From assembly GCA_027532905.1 (NCBI GenBank), contig JAPZUA010000001.1, positions 1,111,950 through 1,175,949 on the forward strand: a stretch of 64,000 nucleotides of DNA, given 5' to 3'. Both the position numbers and the translations under genes were made by a program. The DNA comes from Magnetospirillum sp. (lineage in GTDB: Bacteria; Pseudomonadota; Alphaproteobacteria; CACIAM-22H2). Shown here piece by piece: positions 1 to 9,880 of this stretch (position 1 is the first letter of the stretch; the number at the start of each line of letters is the position of its first letter). The notes under the pieces were generated by a model. It was not told the origin of the DNA. It searched no databases and saw only the letters and a list, made by a program, of their open reading frames with translations.

Positions 1-532
1 CCTCGTCAAATCGCTGCTGCGCCCGCAAGACCGCCTGATCGCGTGCGAATTGCACGAGGCCGACGCGGCGACGCTGCAACGCACCTTCGCGCGCGAGCGC
101 GGCGTGGAGATCCGCGCGCAAGACGGCTACCAAGCGCTCGCAAGCCTGTGGCCGCCGCGCGAGCGGCGCGGCTTGGCGCTCATCGATCCGCCGTTCGAAC
201 GCACCGACGAATTCGCCGTCCTCGAAAACGCATTGCGCGGCGCCCATCGCCGCTTTGCGACGGGCACGCTCGCAGCCTGGTATCCGATCAAAGGCCGCGC
301 TGCGGTCGATGCGTTTTTGGCCGCGATCGGCGACGGCCGTATTCGACGCGTGAGCGTGGCCGAATTCATGCGCCAGCCGCCCGACGATCCCAAGCGCCTC
401 AACGGCAGCGGCCTCTTGATCGTGAATGCGCCATGGCAATTCGACGAAAAACTGCGCGAGGGCTGGGAATGGTGCGCTGCCGCCCTCGAGATATCGGGCG
501 GCATTCGCATCGAAACGCTGGTCGGCGAATAA
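1..532 (+). CDS. rlmJ: 23S rRNA (adenine2030-N6)-methyltransferase RlmJ, 5'-truncated by the window edge
   Basis: The ORF runs in from the window start. Its C-terminal sequence (LIDPPFE...WYP...LLIVNAPW) is typical of RlmJ-family methyltransferases. The coding frame begins at nucleotide 2. Confidence 0.7.
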   Translation, partial: LVKSLLRPQDRLIACELHEADAATLQRTFARERGVEIRAQDGYQALASLWPPRERRGLALIDPPFERTDEFAVLENALRGAHRRFATGTLAAWYPIKGRAAVDAFLAAIGDGRIRRVSVAEFMRQPPDDPKRLNGSGLLIVNAPWQFDEKLREGWEWCAAALEISGGIRIETLVGE

Positions 533-552
533 GTCGCTTTAGGTTGGCCCGC

Positions 553-1218
553 TTAGGTCGGGGGTGCGCCGATCGGGCCGTTGAGTTCGACTGTGACCGC
601 CTCGGGACCTTTGCGCGCAGTCACGACCTTCATGCGCACCGGCTGGCCCGGCGACAGGCTCTGAAGCCCGGCATTGCGCAGCACCGTGATGTGCACGAAC
701 ACGTCCTTGCCGCCGCCATTGGGCTGCACGAAGCCATAGCCTTTGAGGCCGGAGAACCATTTGACCACGCCGTCGAGCGATTCGGCATTCGAGAGATCGA
801 CAGGTGCCTGGTAGCTCGACCGCTCGTTGCCGCCGCGATCGCCCCAGCCGGCACCGCCACCGCCGCCGCGCTCGCCGCCGCGGTCGCGCTCGTAGCCGCC
901 GCCGCGATCGTTGCCCCCGCCCCAGCCTGTCGACGAATTGCTGCGCTCGGTATAGGCCGGGCGCGCACGCGGGGCCGACGGTTGGGCGGTCGACTGGTCG
1001 ACCTCGAGCACACGCAGAACCTGACGGCCCTTGGCGCTCGAACCGACTTCGACCGTCACGCTTGCACCCTCGCCGATCGATTCGTAGCCGGCTTGTTTCA
1101 AAGCCGACAAATGCAGAAAGGCTTCGGCCGATCCGTCGGCGGGCGTGACAAACCCGAATCCTTTGGCCGAATTGAACCACTTCACTGTGGCGCGCATCAT
1201 CCCGTCACCGGCAGGCAT
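553..1218 (-). CDS. Cold-shock-domain protein with two CSDs joined by a Gly/Arg-rich linker
   Basis: Two copies of VKWFN-KG(F/Y)GF(V/I) cold-shock motifs are separated by a GGGNDRGGGYERDRGGERGGGGG linker. An ATG at 1218 (MPAGDG) is taken as the start. An alternative start (MMRATVKWF) lies at 1200. Confidence 0.8.
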   Translation of the reverse strand: MPAGDGMMRATVKWFNSAKGFGFVTPADGSAEAFLHLSALKQAGYESIGEGASVTVEVGSSAKGRQVLRVLEVDQSTAQPSAPRARPAYTERSNSSTGWGGGNDRGGGYERDRGGERGGGGGAGWGDRGGNERSSYQAPVDLSNAESLDGVVKWFSGLKGYGFVQPNGGGKDVFVHITVLRNAGLQSLSPGQPVRMKVVTARKGPEAVTVELNGPIGAPPT

Positions 1219-1375
1219 CGTCCCGTCCTCGTCCTTCGCGTCGCAACGACGTTGGTTTGCAATGAAACAGCTTGCGGACGCCTTGCATTGCTCCCGCATT
1301 CGCGTTTTGCATCACAAGGCAGTCGCAATTATACCGCACCGCGCATCGACTCGCAAAGTCCGGAATAGCGCCCCG

Positions 1376-2341
1376 CTAATTGCGGGCGGTCTCGTAGACA
1401 AGTTCGGCCGCCGCAAGATCCTCAAGCGCCGTACCGACCGATTTGAATAGCGTGATTTGATTGTAGAACGAGCGCCCGGCCGCACGCCCTTGCGCCAGTT
1501 CGCCGAGGTCGCCCGCGATCTGCGCCTCGTGCAGCGTGCCGTTGGCCAGCGGCTGCACGATGTCGCCCGCCTCTTTCAGCGCCCCGCCGTAGGTATCGAC
1601 ATAGACGCGCGCGCGCGCGATCGCTTCGTCGTCGGCCTCGCGCATGGCGGGCGTGAAGCCGCCGACCAGATCGATATGCTGGCCCGGTCGCAGCCATGCC
1701 CCTTCGATCAGCGGCGCTTGGCTCAAGGTCGCACAGCTGATCGTGTCGGCCCACGCGGCCGCCTCGGCAAGATTTGCGGCGGCACGCGCGCGCAGGCGGC
1801 GGCCGTCGAAATTGGCGGCCAGGGTCTGCGCCTTTTTGAAGTCGCGACCCCACACGACCAGTTCGCGGATCGGCCGCACCGAGGCGTGGGCGAGGATCAG
1901 ATGCGGCGCCAAAGCGCCCGTACCCACCATCAGCAGCTTTTCGGAATCCTGCCGCGAGAGATATTTGGCTGCCAATGCGGAAGCAGCGGCGGTGCGCTTC
2001 AAGGTCAGCATGCGCCCGTCGATCATGGCGAGCGGCGTGCCGTTGCGCGCCGACAGCAGCAGATAATTGCCCATGACCGACGGCAGACCCGCCGCTCCGT
2101 TCGACGGAAACACGGTCACGATCTTGATGCCGCAATAGCGCCCCGGCTGCCAGGCCGGCATCAGCAGCAGCGTTGCATCGGCCGCACCGGGGACCGGCAC
2201 CGTATGGTGATGGCGCACGGGCACTTGGGCGCCGGTGCGAAAAGCGCCGCGCAGCACTTCGATCAGCGGCCCGATCTCGAGGATGTTTTCGACTTCGCTC
2301 GCGCCGAACACACGCATCGCACCGGGCGGGGCACTGCGCAT
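1376..2341 (-). CDS. Ornithine cyclodeaminase/mu-crystallin family protein
   Basis: Full-length similarity to the OCD/mu-crystallin family, including a Rossmann motif MVGTGALA and the family-typical C-terminus. An alternative start lies at 2317. Confidence 0.75.
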   Translation of the reverse strand: MRSAPPGAMRVFGASEVENILEIGPLIEVLRGAFRTGAQVPVRHHHTVPVPGAADATLLLMPAWQPGRYCGIKIVTVFPSNGAAGLPSVMGNYLLLSARNGTPLAMIDGRMLTLKRTAAASALAAKYLSRQDSEKLLMVGTGALAPHLILAHASVRPIRELVVWGRDFKKAQTLAANFDGRRLRARAAANLAEAAAWADTISCATLSQAPLIEGAWLRPGQHIDLVGGFTPAMREADDEAIARARVYVDTYGGALKEAGDIVQPLANGTLHEAQIAGDLGELAQGRAAGRSFYNQITLFKSVGTALEDLAAAELVYETARN

Positions 2342-2354
2342 CGCGGCTGCGGTC

Positions 2355-2708
2355 CTAGACCGGCGGCGTGGGGATAGGCAGCGATGCCGGGCTCGCAGGC
2401 GGTGCGGTTACGGCAGGCGCAGTCGCCGCGATTTTGGCCTTGAGCTCGGCCACTTCGCGAGCCAACGCATCGGCGCGGCGCGTGGCCGCACGCCCGCGGC
2501 TGCGCGCTCGACCGCCGCCGAACCACGCGATCACAGCCCCCAGCGCAAAGCCGATATAGAGGGCACCCACCAACGCCACGAACAGCGGCATTTCAAGCGC
2601 AGGGCCGAGCGGCCAGAAATCGACCGTCGCATCGCCGCGATTGCCAAGAGCGAACAGCCCGGCTGCGGCGGCGAGGATCCCTGCAAAAATCCAATAGAAC
2701 AGCCGCAT
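2355..2708 (-). CDS. lapA: LapA-family (DUF1049) inner-membrane protein
   Basis: Two transmembrane segments are followed by a charged, coiled tail (REVAELKAKI). The gene sits immediately downstream of ihfB, as in many proteobacteria. Confidence 0.7.
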   Translation of the reverse strand: MRLFYWIFAGILAAAAGLFALGNRGDATVDFWPLGPALEMPLFVALVGALYIGFALGAVIAWFGGGRARSRGRAATRRADALAREVAELKAKIAATAPAVTAPPASPASLPIPTPPV

Positions 2709-2719
2709 GGAAGCCGGCC

Positions 2720-3013
2720 TCAGCCGGACTTGCCGTCGGTATTGAGCTTCTCGCGCAATTCCTTGCCCGTCTTGAAAAACGGGATGAATTTTTCGGTGAC
2801 ATCGACCGACGTGCCCGTGCGCGGATTGCGGCCGGTGCGAGCCCCCCGTCGCTTGACCGAAAACGCGCCGAAGCCGCGCAGCTCCACGCGATGCCCGCGC
2901 GCAAGCGCCGCCGTGATTTCGTCGAACACCGTGGTGACGATGCGTTCGACGTCGCGTTGATAAAGATGCGGGTTGAGCTCGGCCAGCCGCAAGATCAGTT
3001 CCGACTTGGTCAT
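2720..3013 (-). CDS. ihfB: Integration host factor subunit beta
   Basis: The 97-aa product begins [12 protein letters not shown]...[10 protein letters not shown] and matches IhfB closely. An ATG at 3011-3013 was confirmed on the minus strand. Confidence 0.9.
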   Translation of the reverse strand: MTKSELILRLAELNPHLYQRDVERIVTTVFDEITAALARGHRVELRGFGAFSVKRRGARTGRNPRTGTSVDVTEKFIPFFKTGKELREKLNTDGKSG

Positions 3014-3044
3014 TGCCCCGACACTCCCCAGCGCTTTGATATTG

Positions 3045-3971
3045 TCACCGCAAACGCAAGTCAGGGTGCCAGACGGCCACCAGCCCGTCAAGCCTAAGCC
3101 GTTCGGGCAGATAGGTTTTTCCGAACATCGCCGAAATCGCACTGCGCGCCATGCCGCCCAGGAGCGGCTCGTCGCGCCAAACCTGGATTTCGCGCATCGG
3201 CAAATCGCCGTCGATACCCTTGGTGGCCAGCCAGTCGCGCGCCTCGCCGATCCCGCCCAGCGCATCGACGAGGCCGTTGGCTTTGGCCTGGCGGCCGGTA
3301 TAGACGCGCCCGTCGGCAAGCTTGAGGGCCGTTTCGCGGTCGAAATTGCGCCGCTCGGCCACCATGCCCACGAACATGTCGTACATGTCGTCGATCAACA
3401 GGCGCGTGGCGGCACGGCCCTCTTCGGTCAGCGCCTCGAATGGCGAGGGGACGGCCTTCAAAGGGGCGGATTTGATCGTCTCGGGCACGACGCCGAGTTT
3501 GCCAAGCAAGCCCGTCACGTCGGCCGTCTGCATCAAAACGCCGATCGAACCGGTGATGGTGCCCTCGCGCGCCACAATATGGTCGGCCGCGATCGCGACC
3601 ATGTAGCCGCCCGAGGCCGCAACCTCGCCCAGCACGGCCACAACGGGCTTGTCGGCGGCTATGGCGCGCACCGCGCGAAAGAAGCTCTCGCCGCCCACGA
3701 CCGTGCCGCCGGGGCTGTCGATGCGCAGCACCAGCGCCTTGGCATTGCGCGAGGTCATTGCGTCTTCGAGCGCGTCGATCATCTCGGGATCGTCCGCAAT
3801 CACGCCCGACAGGCGCAGCTCGGCAATGTAAGGCTGGTAGCGGCGCGCAAGGTCGCTGCCGCCGGCCGCAACCGCGATCGCGACCGCCGCCACGACGATC
3901 GCCGCCCCGCGCCACCAAGAGCGCGAGCGCTTCAAACGCCGCCGTTCCGCAATAAGTTCGCCCTCGTCCAT
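3045..3971 (-). CDS. sppA: Signal peptide peptidase SppA (36K type)
   Basis: An N-terminal membrane anchor is present, followed by an S49 peptidase core with catalytic-region motifs ([13 protein letters not shown]). An ATG at 3969-3971 was confirmed. Confidence 0.85.
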   Translation of the reverse strand: MDEGELIAERRRLKRSRSWWRGAAIVVAAVAIAVAAGGSDLARRYQPYIAELRLSGVIADDPEMIDALEDAMTSRNAKALVLRIDSPGGTVVGGESFFRAVRAIAADKPVVAVLGEVAASGGYMVAIAADHIVAREGTITGSIGVLMQTADVTGLLGKLGVVPETIKSAPLKAVPSPFEALTEEGRAATRLLIDDMYDMFVGMVAERRNFDRETALKLADGRVYTGRQAKANGLVDALGGIGEARDWLATKGIDGDLPMREIQVWRDEPLLGGMARSAISAMFGKTYLPERLRLDGLVAVWHPDLRLR

Positions 3972-4030
3972 GGCCCGCAATCTAGGGCGTCGGGGTGCAT
4001 GTCACAAGCCCCCGCCCGTCCCCAACGCAA

Positions 4031-4059
4031 AAGGGCGGAACCTTTTGGGTTCCGCCCTT
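4031..4059 (-). terminator. GC-rich hairpin between sppA and rpsA, possible rpsA terminator
   Basis: The sequence aagggcggaacc-ttttg-ggttccgccctt forms a perfect 12-bp stem. The U-tract on the minus-strand transcript is weak. Confidence 0.4.
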
Positions 4060-4094
4060 CGCATTTTCGTCCCGCTTTAGGACGCGAAGAAAAA

Positions 4095-5837
4095 CTAGTC
4101 GTTTTCCTTCTCGGCCTTGCGCTTGAGGGCCGCACCCAGGATGTCGCCAAGCGAAGCGCCGGAGTCGGACGAGCCGAACTTCTCCATCGCTTCCTTGTCG
4201 TCCTCGATTTCGCGCGCCTTGATCGAAAGCTGGATCTTGCGGCTGGCGCGGTCGAGCTGGGTGATCTTCGCATCGACCTTTTCGCCGATCGCGTAGCGCT
4301 CGGGGCGCTGTTCGGCGCGGTCGCGGGACAGATCCGACTTGCGGATGAAGCCCGTGACGCCGTCGGCCAGCGTGAGTTCCACGCCGTTGTCCTGCACGGC
4401 CGAAACCGTGCCGGTGATGATGTCGCCCTTCTTGAAGCCTTGGGCGGCCGATTCGAACGGATCGGAGGTGAGCTGCTTGATGCCGAGCGAAATGCGCTCT
4501 TTTTCGACGTCGACGTCGAGCACCTTCACCTTCACGGTGTCGCCCTTCTTGTAGTCCTTGATGGCTTCTTCGCCGGACTTCTCCCAGTCGATGTCCGAGA
4601 GATGGACCATGCCGTCGATGTCGCCGACCAGACCCACGAACAGACCGAACTCGGTGATGTTCTTGATCTCGCCTTCCATCTCGCTGCCGGCCGTGAACTT
4701 CGTCTTGAACACGTCCCAGGGATTGTCAATGCACTGCTTGAGGCCGAGCGAAATGCGGCGCTTGGCGCTGTCGACGTCGAGCACCATCACTTCGACTTCC
4801 TGCGAGGTCGAAACGATCTTGCCCGGATGGACGTTCTTCTTCGTCCAGCTCATTTCCGAGACGTGCACGAGGCCTTCGATGCCGGCTTCCAGTTCCACGA
4901 ACGCGCCGTAGTCGGTGATGTTCGTCACGCGGCCGTTGAAGCGCGCGTTGGCCGGATACTTGGCGGCGACACCTTCCCACGGATCGGCTTCGAGCTGCTT
5001 CATGCCGAGCGAGATGCGCTGGGTTTCGGCGTTGAAACGGATCACCTGCACCTTGACGTGCTGGCCGATCGTCAGCGCTTCCGACGGATGGTTGATGCGC
5101 TTCCAGGCAATGTCGGTCACGTGCAGCAGGCCGTCCACGCCGCCGAGATCGACGAACGCGCCGTAGTCGGTGATGTTCTTGACCACGCCTTCGAGGATCT
5201 GGCCTTCCTTCAGCGAGGCGACCAGTTCCGAACGCTGCTCGGCGCGCGTTTCTTCGAGAACCGCACGGCGCGAGACGACGATGTTGCCGCGGCTGCGGTC
5301 CATCTTGAGGATCTGGAAGGGCTGCGGCGTGCCCATGAGCGGGGTGATGTCGCGCACGGGGCGGATGTCGACCTGGCTGCCGGGCAGGAACGCAACCGCA
5401 CCGCCGAGATCGACCGTGAAGCCGCCCTTGACGCGGCCGAAGATGATGCCGTTGACGCGGGCATTGTCCTTGAAGTTCTTGTCGAGCGCACCCCAGGCTT
5501 CTTCGCGCTTGGCCTTGTCGCGGGAGAGTGCTGCTTCGCCGTGCTTGTCTTCCATGCGTTCGACGAAAACGTCGACCGTGTCGCCGGCCTTGAGCTCGGC
5601 GGGGGCACCGGCGGTGCCGAATTCCTTGAGGGCCACGCGGCCTTCAGCCTTGAGGCCCACATCGATGATGGCGAAATCGCCTTCGATCGAAACGATGCGG
5701 CCCTTGACGACGCGGCCGTCGAACGAGCCGCTTTCGCCGAGCGATTCCTGCAGCAGGGCTGCAAAACTGTCGCTGGCTGCGCCAGCGCTGCCCGATGCGG
5801 CCGCTTCGTGGCCGGTCAGTTTGGATGCTTTCGCCAT
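4095..5837 (-). CDS. rpsA: 30S ribosomal protein S1
   Basis: The 580-aa product has six S1 repeats (GxV...GAFVDLGG...GLLHVS motifs). An ATG at 5835-5837 is preceded by an AAGGAA ribosome-binding site. The longer 827-aa ORF in the track is an upstream over-extension. Confidence 0.95.
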   Translation of the reverse strand: MAKASKLTGHEAAASGSAGAASDSFAALLQESLGESGSFDGRVVKGRIVSIEGDFAIIDVGLKAEGRVALKEFGTAGAPAELKAGDTVDVFVERMEDKHGEAALSRDKAKREEAWGALDKNFKDNARVNGIIFGRVKGGFTVDLGGAVAFLPGSQVDIRPVRDITPLMGTPQPFQILKMDRSRGNIVVSRRAVLEETRAEQRSELVASLKEGQILEGVVKNITDYGAFVDLGGVDGLLHVTDIAWKRINHPSEALTIGQHVKVQVIRFNAETQRISLGMKQLEADPWEGVAAKYPANARFNGRVTNITDYGAFVELEAGIEGLVHVSEMSWTKKNVHPGKIVSTSQEVEVMVLDVDSAKRRISLGLKQCIDNPWDVFKTKFTAGSEMEGEIKNITEFGLFVGLVGDIDGMVHLSDIDWEKSGEEAIKDYKKGDTVKVKVLDVDVEKERISLGIKQLTSDPFESAAQGFKKGDIITGTVSAVQDNGVELTLADGVTGFIRKSDLSRDRAEQRPERYAIGEKVDAKITQLDRASRKIQLSIKAREIEDDKEAMEKFGSSDSGASLGDILGAALKRKAEKEND

Positions 5838-5938
5838 TTTAGGATCGGTTCCTTTGGGTCTTTCAGCGCCGGTCGTCCGTAAAGCGCGATGCTTTCGGCC
5901 GACGCCGGGGTCGGGGTTCGCAAGACTAGGGACCATCC

Positions 5939-6550
5939 CTAGCCGCGTGTTTTCGCCGCGATGATTGCCAGCGCTGCTTGGAAGGCGGCGGCGGCGTCCA
6001 GATCCGAGGTATCGAGCAGCTCGGCATCGTCGGCGGGTTTCATCGGTGCGGCAGCGCGTTCGCTGTCGCGTCGATCCCGCTCGGTCAAATCGGCGAAAAC
6101 GCGCTCGTATATAGGGGTTTCGCCGCGCGCAAGCAACTCTTTGAATCGGCGCGTGGCGCGCGCCTCTGCACTCGCGGTCACAAAAATCTTCGCAACCTCG
6201 GGCCACGGGCACACGACCGTGCCCACGTCGCGCCCGTCGAGCACCGCACCGCCCGGCTGGCGCGCGAAATTGCGCTGGAATTCCAGCAGGCTGGCGCGCA
6301 CCGCCGGGACTGCCGAGACGACCGAAGCATGCTTGCCCACCGCCTCGCTGCGCAGATCGGCAGCACCAAGGTCGGCATGCGCAAACTTTGCTGCTGCCGC
6401 TTCGGGCGCCAGATTCTCGCGCAAGGCCTTCGACGCAACCGCGCGATAGAGCGATCCTGTGTCGAGATGCGGCAGGCCGAAATGCGCGGCAAGCGCTTTG
6501 GCAAGCGTGCCCTTGCCGGCCGCAGCCGGGCCGTCGAGGGCGATGATCAA
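5939..6550 (-). CDS. cmk: Cytidylate kinase
   Basis: The P-loop [14 protein letters not shown] is present along with CMP-kinase family motifs. A 4-nt overlap with aroA gives the classical aroA-cmk-rpsA operon. Confidence 0.9.
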   Translation of the reverse strand: MIIALDGPAAAGKGTLAKALAAHFGLPHLDTGSLYRAVASKALRENLAPEAAAAKFAHADLGAADLRSEAVGKHASVVSAVPAVRASLLEFQRNFARQPGGAVLDGRDVGTVVCPWPEVAKIFVTASAEARATRRFKELLARGETPIYERVFADLTERDRRDSERAAAPMKPADDAELLDTSDLDAAAAFQAALAIIAAKTRG

Positions 6551-7920
6551 GCTTGCCCCACCGCGATGTCGCCGCCAAGTTCAGCCATCAGCGCAAGGAA
6601 GTTCGGAAAGCTCGTGGCGATGGCGCCGATATCGTCGACCGACACGGTCTGGCGGCTGGCAAGCCCCATCACGAGGAAGCTCATCGCGATGCGATGGTCG
6701 AGATGCGTGGCGATGGCGGGCGTGTTCGCCGCCATGCCGGGCGGAGCGCCGTCGCAGCCTTCGACAATCAGATCGTCGCCGTCGATGCGCACATCCACGC
6801 CGCATGCAGCAAGCCCGCGCGCCACGGCCGACAGCCGGTCGCTTTCCTTGACGCGCAGTTCGCCCAAGCCCCGCATGATCGTGCGGCCGCGCGCGAACGA
6901 CGCCGCGACCGCCAGGATCGGATATTCGTCGATCATCGAGGGCGCCCGATCCGCCGGCACGTCGACGCCGACGAGCGAAGACGCGCGCACATGGATGTCG
7001 CCGACTTCTTCGCCGGCCGCTTCGCGGCGGTCGCCGATATCGAGCGTGGCCCCCATTTCGCGCAAGGTTTGATAGAGGCCCGTCCGCCGCACATTGAGGC
7101 CGACATTGCGCACGACCACGTCCGAGCCCGGCACGATCAACCCCGCCACGACCGGGAAGGCCGCCGACGACGGATCGCCGGGTACGTGGATCGTGCAGCC
7201 GGCAAGCTCGGGCTGGCCCGTGAGGGCGATGCGCGACACGCCGTTTTCTTCGCGCACGTCGAGCGTGGCGCCGAAATGGCGCAGCATGCGTTCGCTATGG
7301 TCGCGCGTGGGCTCCTTCTCGAGCACGATCGTCTGGCCCGGTGCGGAAAGGCCGGCAAGGAGCACCGCACTTTTGACCTGGGCCGAGGGGACGGGCAGCG
7401 CATATTCGATCGGGATGGGGCTGGCCGCACCGATCACGGTCAGCGGCAGCAACACTTTGCCGTCGGCGGCCCCGCGCGCCACGAAGCGCGCCCCCATCTG
7501 CATCAAAGGTGCGGTGATGCGGCCCATTGGGCGGCGACGCAACGATGCATCGCCCGTGAAGACCGAAACGAAATTGTGGCCCGCCACGAGCCCCATCAGC
7601 AGGCGGGCACCCGTGCCCGCATTGCCAAGATCGAGCACGTCGGCGGGCTCGATCAGGCCGCCGATCCCGCGGCCGCGCGCGCGCCAAATCCCTGTGGCTT
7701 CGTCTTTGGAAATCTTGGCGCCCATTTGGCGCATGGCCGCGGCGGTGCGCAGCACGTCTTCGCCCTCGAGCAGCCCGTGCACGACCGTTTCGCCGACAGC
7801 CAGACCGCCCAGCATCAACGCGCGGTGCGAGATCGATTTGTCGCCCGGAACCGCGACGGCACCCGACAAAGAGGCCCCGCGGCGGGCGACGGCAGGGGTC
7901 GGCTTGGATGCGGCTGACAT
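6547..7920 (-). CDS. aroA: 3-phosphoshikimate 1-carboxyvinyltransferase (EPSP synthase)
   Basis: The product is 457 aa. EPSP-synthase motifs are present (LGNAGT...R..G, DKSISHR). Confidence 0.9.
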   Translation of the reverse strand: MSAASKPTPAVARRGASLSGAVAVPGDKSISHRALMLGGLAVGETVVHGLLEGEDVLRTAAAMRQMGAKISKDEATGIWRARGRGIGGLIEPADVLDLGNAGTGARLLMGLVAGHNFVSVFTGDASLRRRPMGRITAPLMQMGARFVARGAADGKVLLPLTVIGAASPIPIEYALPVPSAQVKSAVLLAGLSAPGQTIVLEKEPTRDHSERMLRHFGATLDVREENGVSRIALTGQPELAGCTIHVPGDPSSAAFPVVAGLIVPGSDVVVRNVGLNVRRTGLYQTLREMGATLDIGDRREAAGEEVGDIHVRASSLVGVDVPADRAPSMIDEYPILAVAASFARGRTIMRGLGELRVKESDRLSAVARGLAACGVDVRIDGDDLIVEGCDGAPPGMAANTPAIATHLDHRIAMSFLVMGLASRQTVSVDDIGAIATSFPNFLALMAELGGDIAVGQA

Positions 7921-8117
7921 GGGCGAAACCTCGAATTTCCGGGCGGGCGCCGGGTTTTAGCAACCAAGCCCCCCACACGGCAACACGCACGGCAACAAGG
8001 GGCCGCAGCACCAGGGGGCCGCACCCCGCCCGCTGCACCCCGGTTGACAGGGCGGGCCGGACGTGGCATGTCCCGCGCCCGTTCCAAAACGGGCGATTTT
8101 TCGGGGAGCTTCCAGGT

Positions 8118-8444
8118 ATGTCGAAAGCCGAATGGGGTTTGAAGCGGACGTGCCAATCGTGCGGTGCGCGTTTCTACGACCTTACGAAAAGCCCGATCGA
8201 GTGCCCGAAATGCGGTGCGGAATACGATCCGGAAGTGCTGCTGAAGTCGCGTCGCGGCAAAGCGCCGGTCGCAGCGCCGAAGCCCGTCCCGGTCCCCGTC
8301 GCCGACGATGTCGACGCGATCGAGCCGGCGGTGGGCGACGAGGCCGAGGAAGAGGATGCGGTCATCGAAGACACCTCGGAACTGGGCGAGGACGAAGAAG
8401 ACGTCGCCGAAGTGATCGAGAACGTGGAAGACGAGGAACGTTGA
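8118..8444 (+). CDS. TIGR02300-family (FYDLN_acid) zinc-ribbon protein with an acidic tail
   Basis: The product begins MSKAEWGLKRTCQSCGARFYDLTKSPIECPKCGAEY and ends in an Asp/Glu-rich C-terminus. The start was reset to an ATG at 8118. The track ORF begins upstream at an alternative codon. Confidence 0.75.
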   Translation: MSKAEWGLKRTCQSCGARFYDLTKSPIECPKCGAEYDPEVLLKSRRGKAPVAAPKPVPVPVADDVDAIEPAVGDEAEEEDAVIEDTSELGEDEEDVAEVIENVEDEER

Positions 8445-8513
8445 CCGCCGCATCGGTTCGGCATAAATAACCGCCTGCCGCCAGCGGGACCCACCCCGCC
8501 GGCCACGAATTTC

Positions 8514-8589
8514 GGGGCCATAGCTCAGCTGGGAGAGCGCCGCAATGGCATTGCGGAGGTCAGCGGTTCGATCCCGCTTGGCTCCACCA
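8514..8589 (+). tRNA. tRNA-Ala (anticodon GGC)
   Basis: A 76-nt cloverleaf: acceptor stem GGGGCCA/TGGCTCC with the G3:U70 alanine identity pair. The anticodon loop contains GGC. TTCGATCC is the T-loop, and CCA is encoded. Confidence 0.9.
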
Positions 8590-8597
8590 TATAGAAC

Positions 8598-8631
8598 AAG
8601 GGCTTAGCTGGAAACAGCTAGGCCCTTTTTC
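8598..8631 (+). terminator. Rho-independent terminator of tRNA-Ala
   Basis: The hairpin aagggcttagctg-gaaa-cagctaggccctt is followed by TTTTT. Confidence 0.8.
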
Positions 8632-8813
8632 ATTTGATTCTACCACCGTTCTACCACGGCAATGGCAAGATATGGCACTTTACGGCATGGCATTGAGCCC
8701 AAAAATCTTCACTCTCGAGAGTCGGGGCGGCTCTCAGCGACCTGCAAAACGTTCATTTTATACCTTGGCGAAATTTTCTCTGCGCATACATTGATTTTTG
8801 AAGGAGATTGATT

Positions 8814-9011
8814 ATGGCAGCCCGTGAAAATTACAGAGCTCATCAAGCCGCTGAATATCTTCAGATTTCTGCGAGTAGTTTAGCTAAGCGTCGCGTCGCG
8901 GGGTCTGGCCCCCAATTTTGCAAACTTGGGCGGATCGTCGTTTACCGGCGTGTCGATCTCGACGCTTGGTTAAACGAAAATTCCCGCGAAAGCACCTCGG
9001 AAGCGTCATAG
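8814..9011 (+). CDS. AlpA-family phage transcriptional regulator/excisionase-like HTH protein
   Basis: The motif YLQIS.SSLAKRRVAGSGPQFCKLGRIVVYRRVDLDAWL is typical of AlpA/Xis-like MerR-type HTH proteins. An AGGAGA ribosome-binding site precedes the ATG at 8814. The gene lies directly 3' of the tRNA. Confidence 0.75.
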   Translation: MAARENYRAHQAAEYLQISASSLAKRRVAGSGPQFCKLGRIVVYRRVDLDAWLNENSRESTSEAS

Positions 9012-9519
9012 TAGGTCCGGTCCTCGGTCGCGGAGTAGGCGGGAGCGACGCCGACGGCCCGCGCGCCCTTTTGGGAACGCCGTAGCGGACCGATGGCGGC
9101 TCGGGCGGCTACCGTCGATTCGTGGGTTAGCGTTGGTTTGCAGACGCCCCCCATAAACCTGAGGACCACCGATGACCGGTGAGATCATGAACCTTCGGCT
9201 GCTTTTGTCTATGAATCGGCGCTTAACTTTGACCACGGCATTAATATGAAGGATCCAAAGGACCTAAGCGCAGATCCGGTTGTTTAGAGGGCTCACGATT
9301 GAACGCTGAATAGCCGTCGATTATACTCCGACCAAGATCAAACGCTTTCATTCTGATGTCCCTACGCGCCCACTGAATTGAGCGCCGCTTATAATTGTTT
9401 CTCGAAGGCAGTTTTGTTAAGCCCGGCCAATTTCGCAAGATTTATCGCAATGCTCGCAGTGTCACTGCTTGATGTGCTGGTGGGACGCTGGCGCGGGTAC
9501 CCCCCTCTAAGTCTGCCAA

Positions 9520-9783
9520 CTATTTCTTCTTATTGTGAGCGCGTATGCCGATGGGGCGTGTCCCGACGGCACCACGATCTGCCGGCAAATCGCTGGGCTT
9601 CAACTTTTCAATCAATAGTTCGACCGTCGCGGGGATTCGGCGGATGCCTTGCTCCCAGTTTTTCAACGTACCTTTCGCAACGCCCAAGACCTCGGCCGCT
9701 TGCGCTTGCGTGAGATTGTTTTTGGTACGCCAGCTATAGAGCGCGTCGGGACCGAAATTTTTCATTCCCTCAAAATACGTCAT
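9520..9783 (-). CDS. XRE-family HTH transcriptional regulator
   Basis: The sequence LTQAQAAEVLGVAKGTLKNWEQG is a classic XRE helix-turn-helix. The gene is divergent from the 9881 gene. Confidence 0.8.
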   Translation of the reverse strand: MTYFEGMKNFGPDALYSWRTKNNLTQAQAAEVLGVAKGTLKNWEQGIRRIPATVELLIEKLKPSDLPADRGAVGTRPIGIRAHNKKK

Positions 9784-9811
9784 TGGTGCCTCGAGTGCGA
9801 GAGAAAATCCT

Positions 9812-9839
9812 TTACAAAGACACCAATGGTGTCTATAAT
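9812..9839 (+). promoter_or_regulatory. Sigma70-like promoter with embedded palindromic operator
   Basis: TTACAA (9812-9817), then 16 nt, then TATAAT (9834-9839). The spacer is exactly the palindrome GACACCA-A-TGGTGTC (9819-9833). This sits 40 nt upstream of the 9881 start, and the divergent XRE gene starts at 9783. Confidence 0.6.
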
Positions 9840-9880
9840 GCTTTCATCATCACGCTGCATCCCACAAATCGGAGACCGTT

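Noticed and set aside
2973-5882. A 969-aa plus-strand ORF, and many other long antisense ORFs across the sppA/rpsA/cmk/aroA region.
   Set aside because: They are antisense to clearly conserved genes (S1, SppA). High GC content suppresses stop codons. The products are low-complexity and Arg/Ala-rich with no domain signal.
9006-9500. Small ORFs between the AlpA and XRE genes (9006-9236 and 9241-9438, minus strand).
   Set aside because: Their composition is biased, with no ribosome-binding site and no recognisable motifs. They are probably non-coding island DNA.
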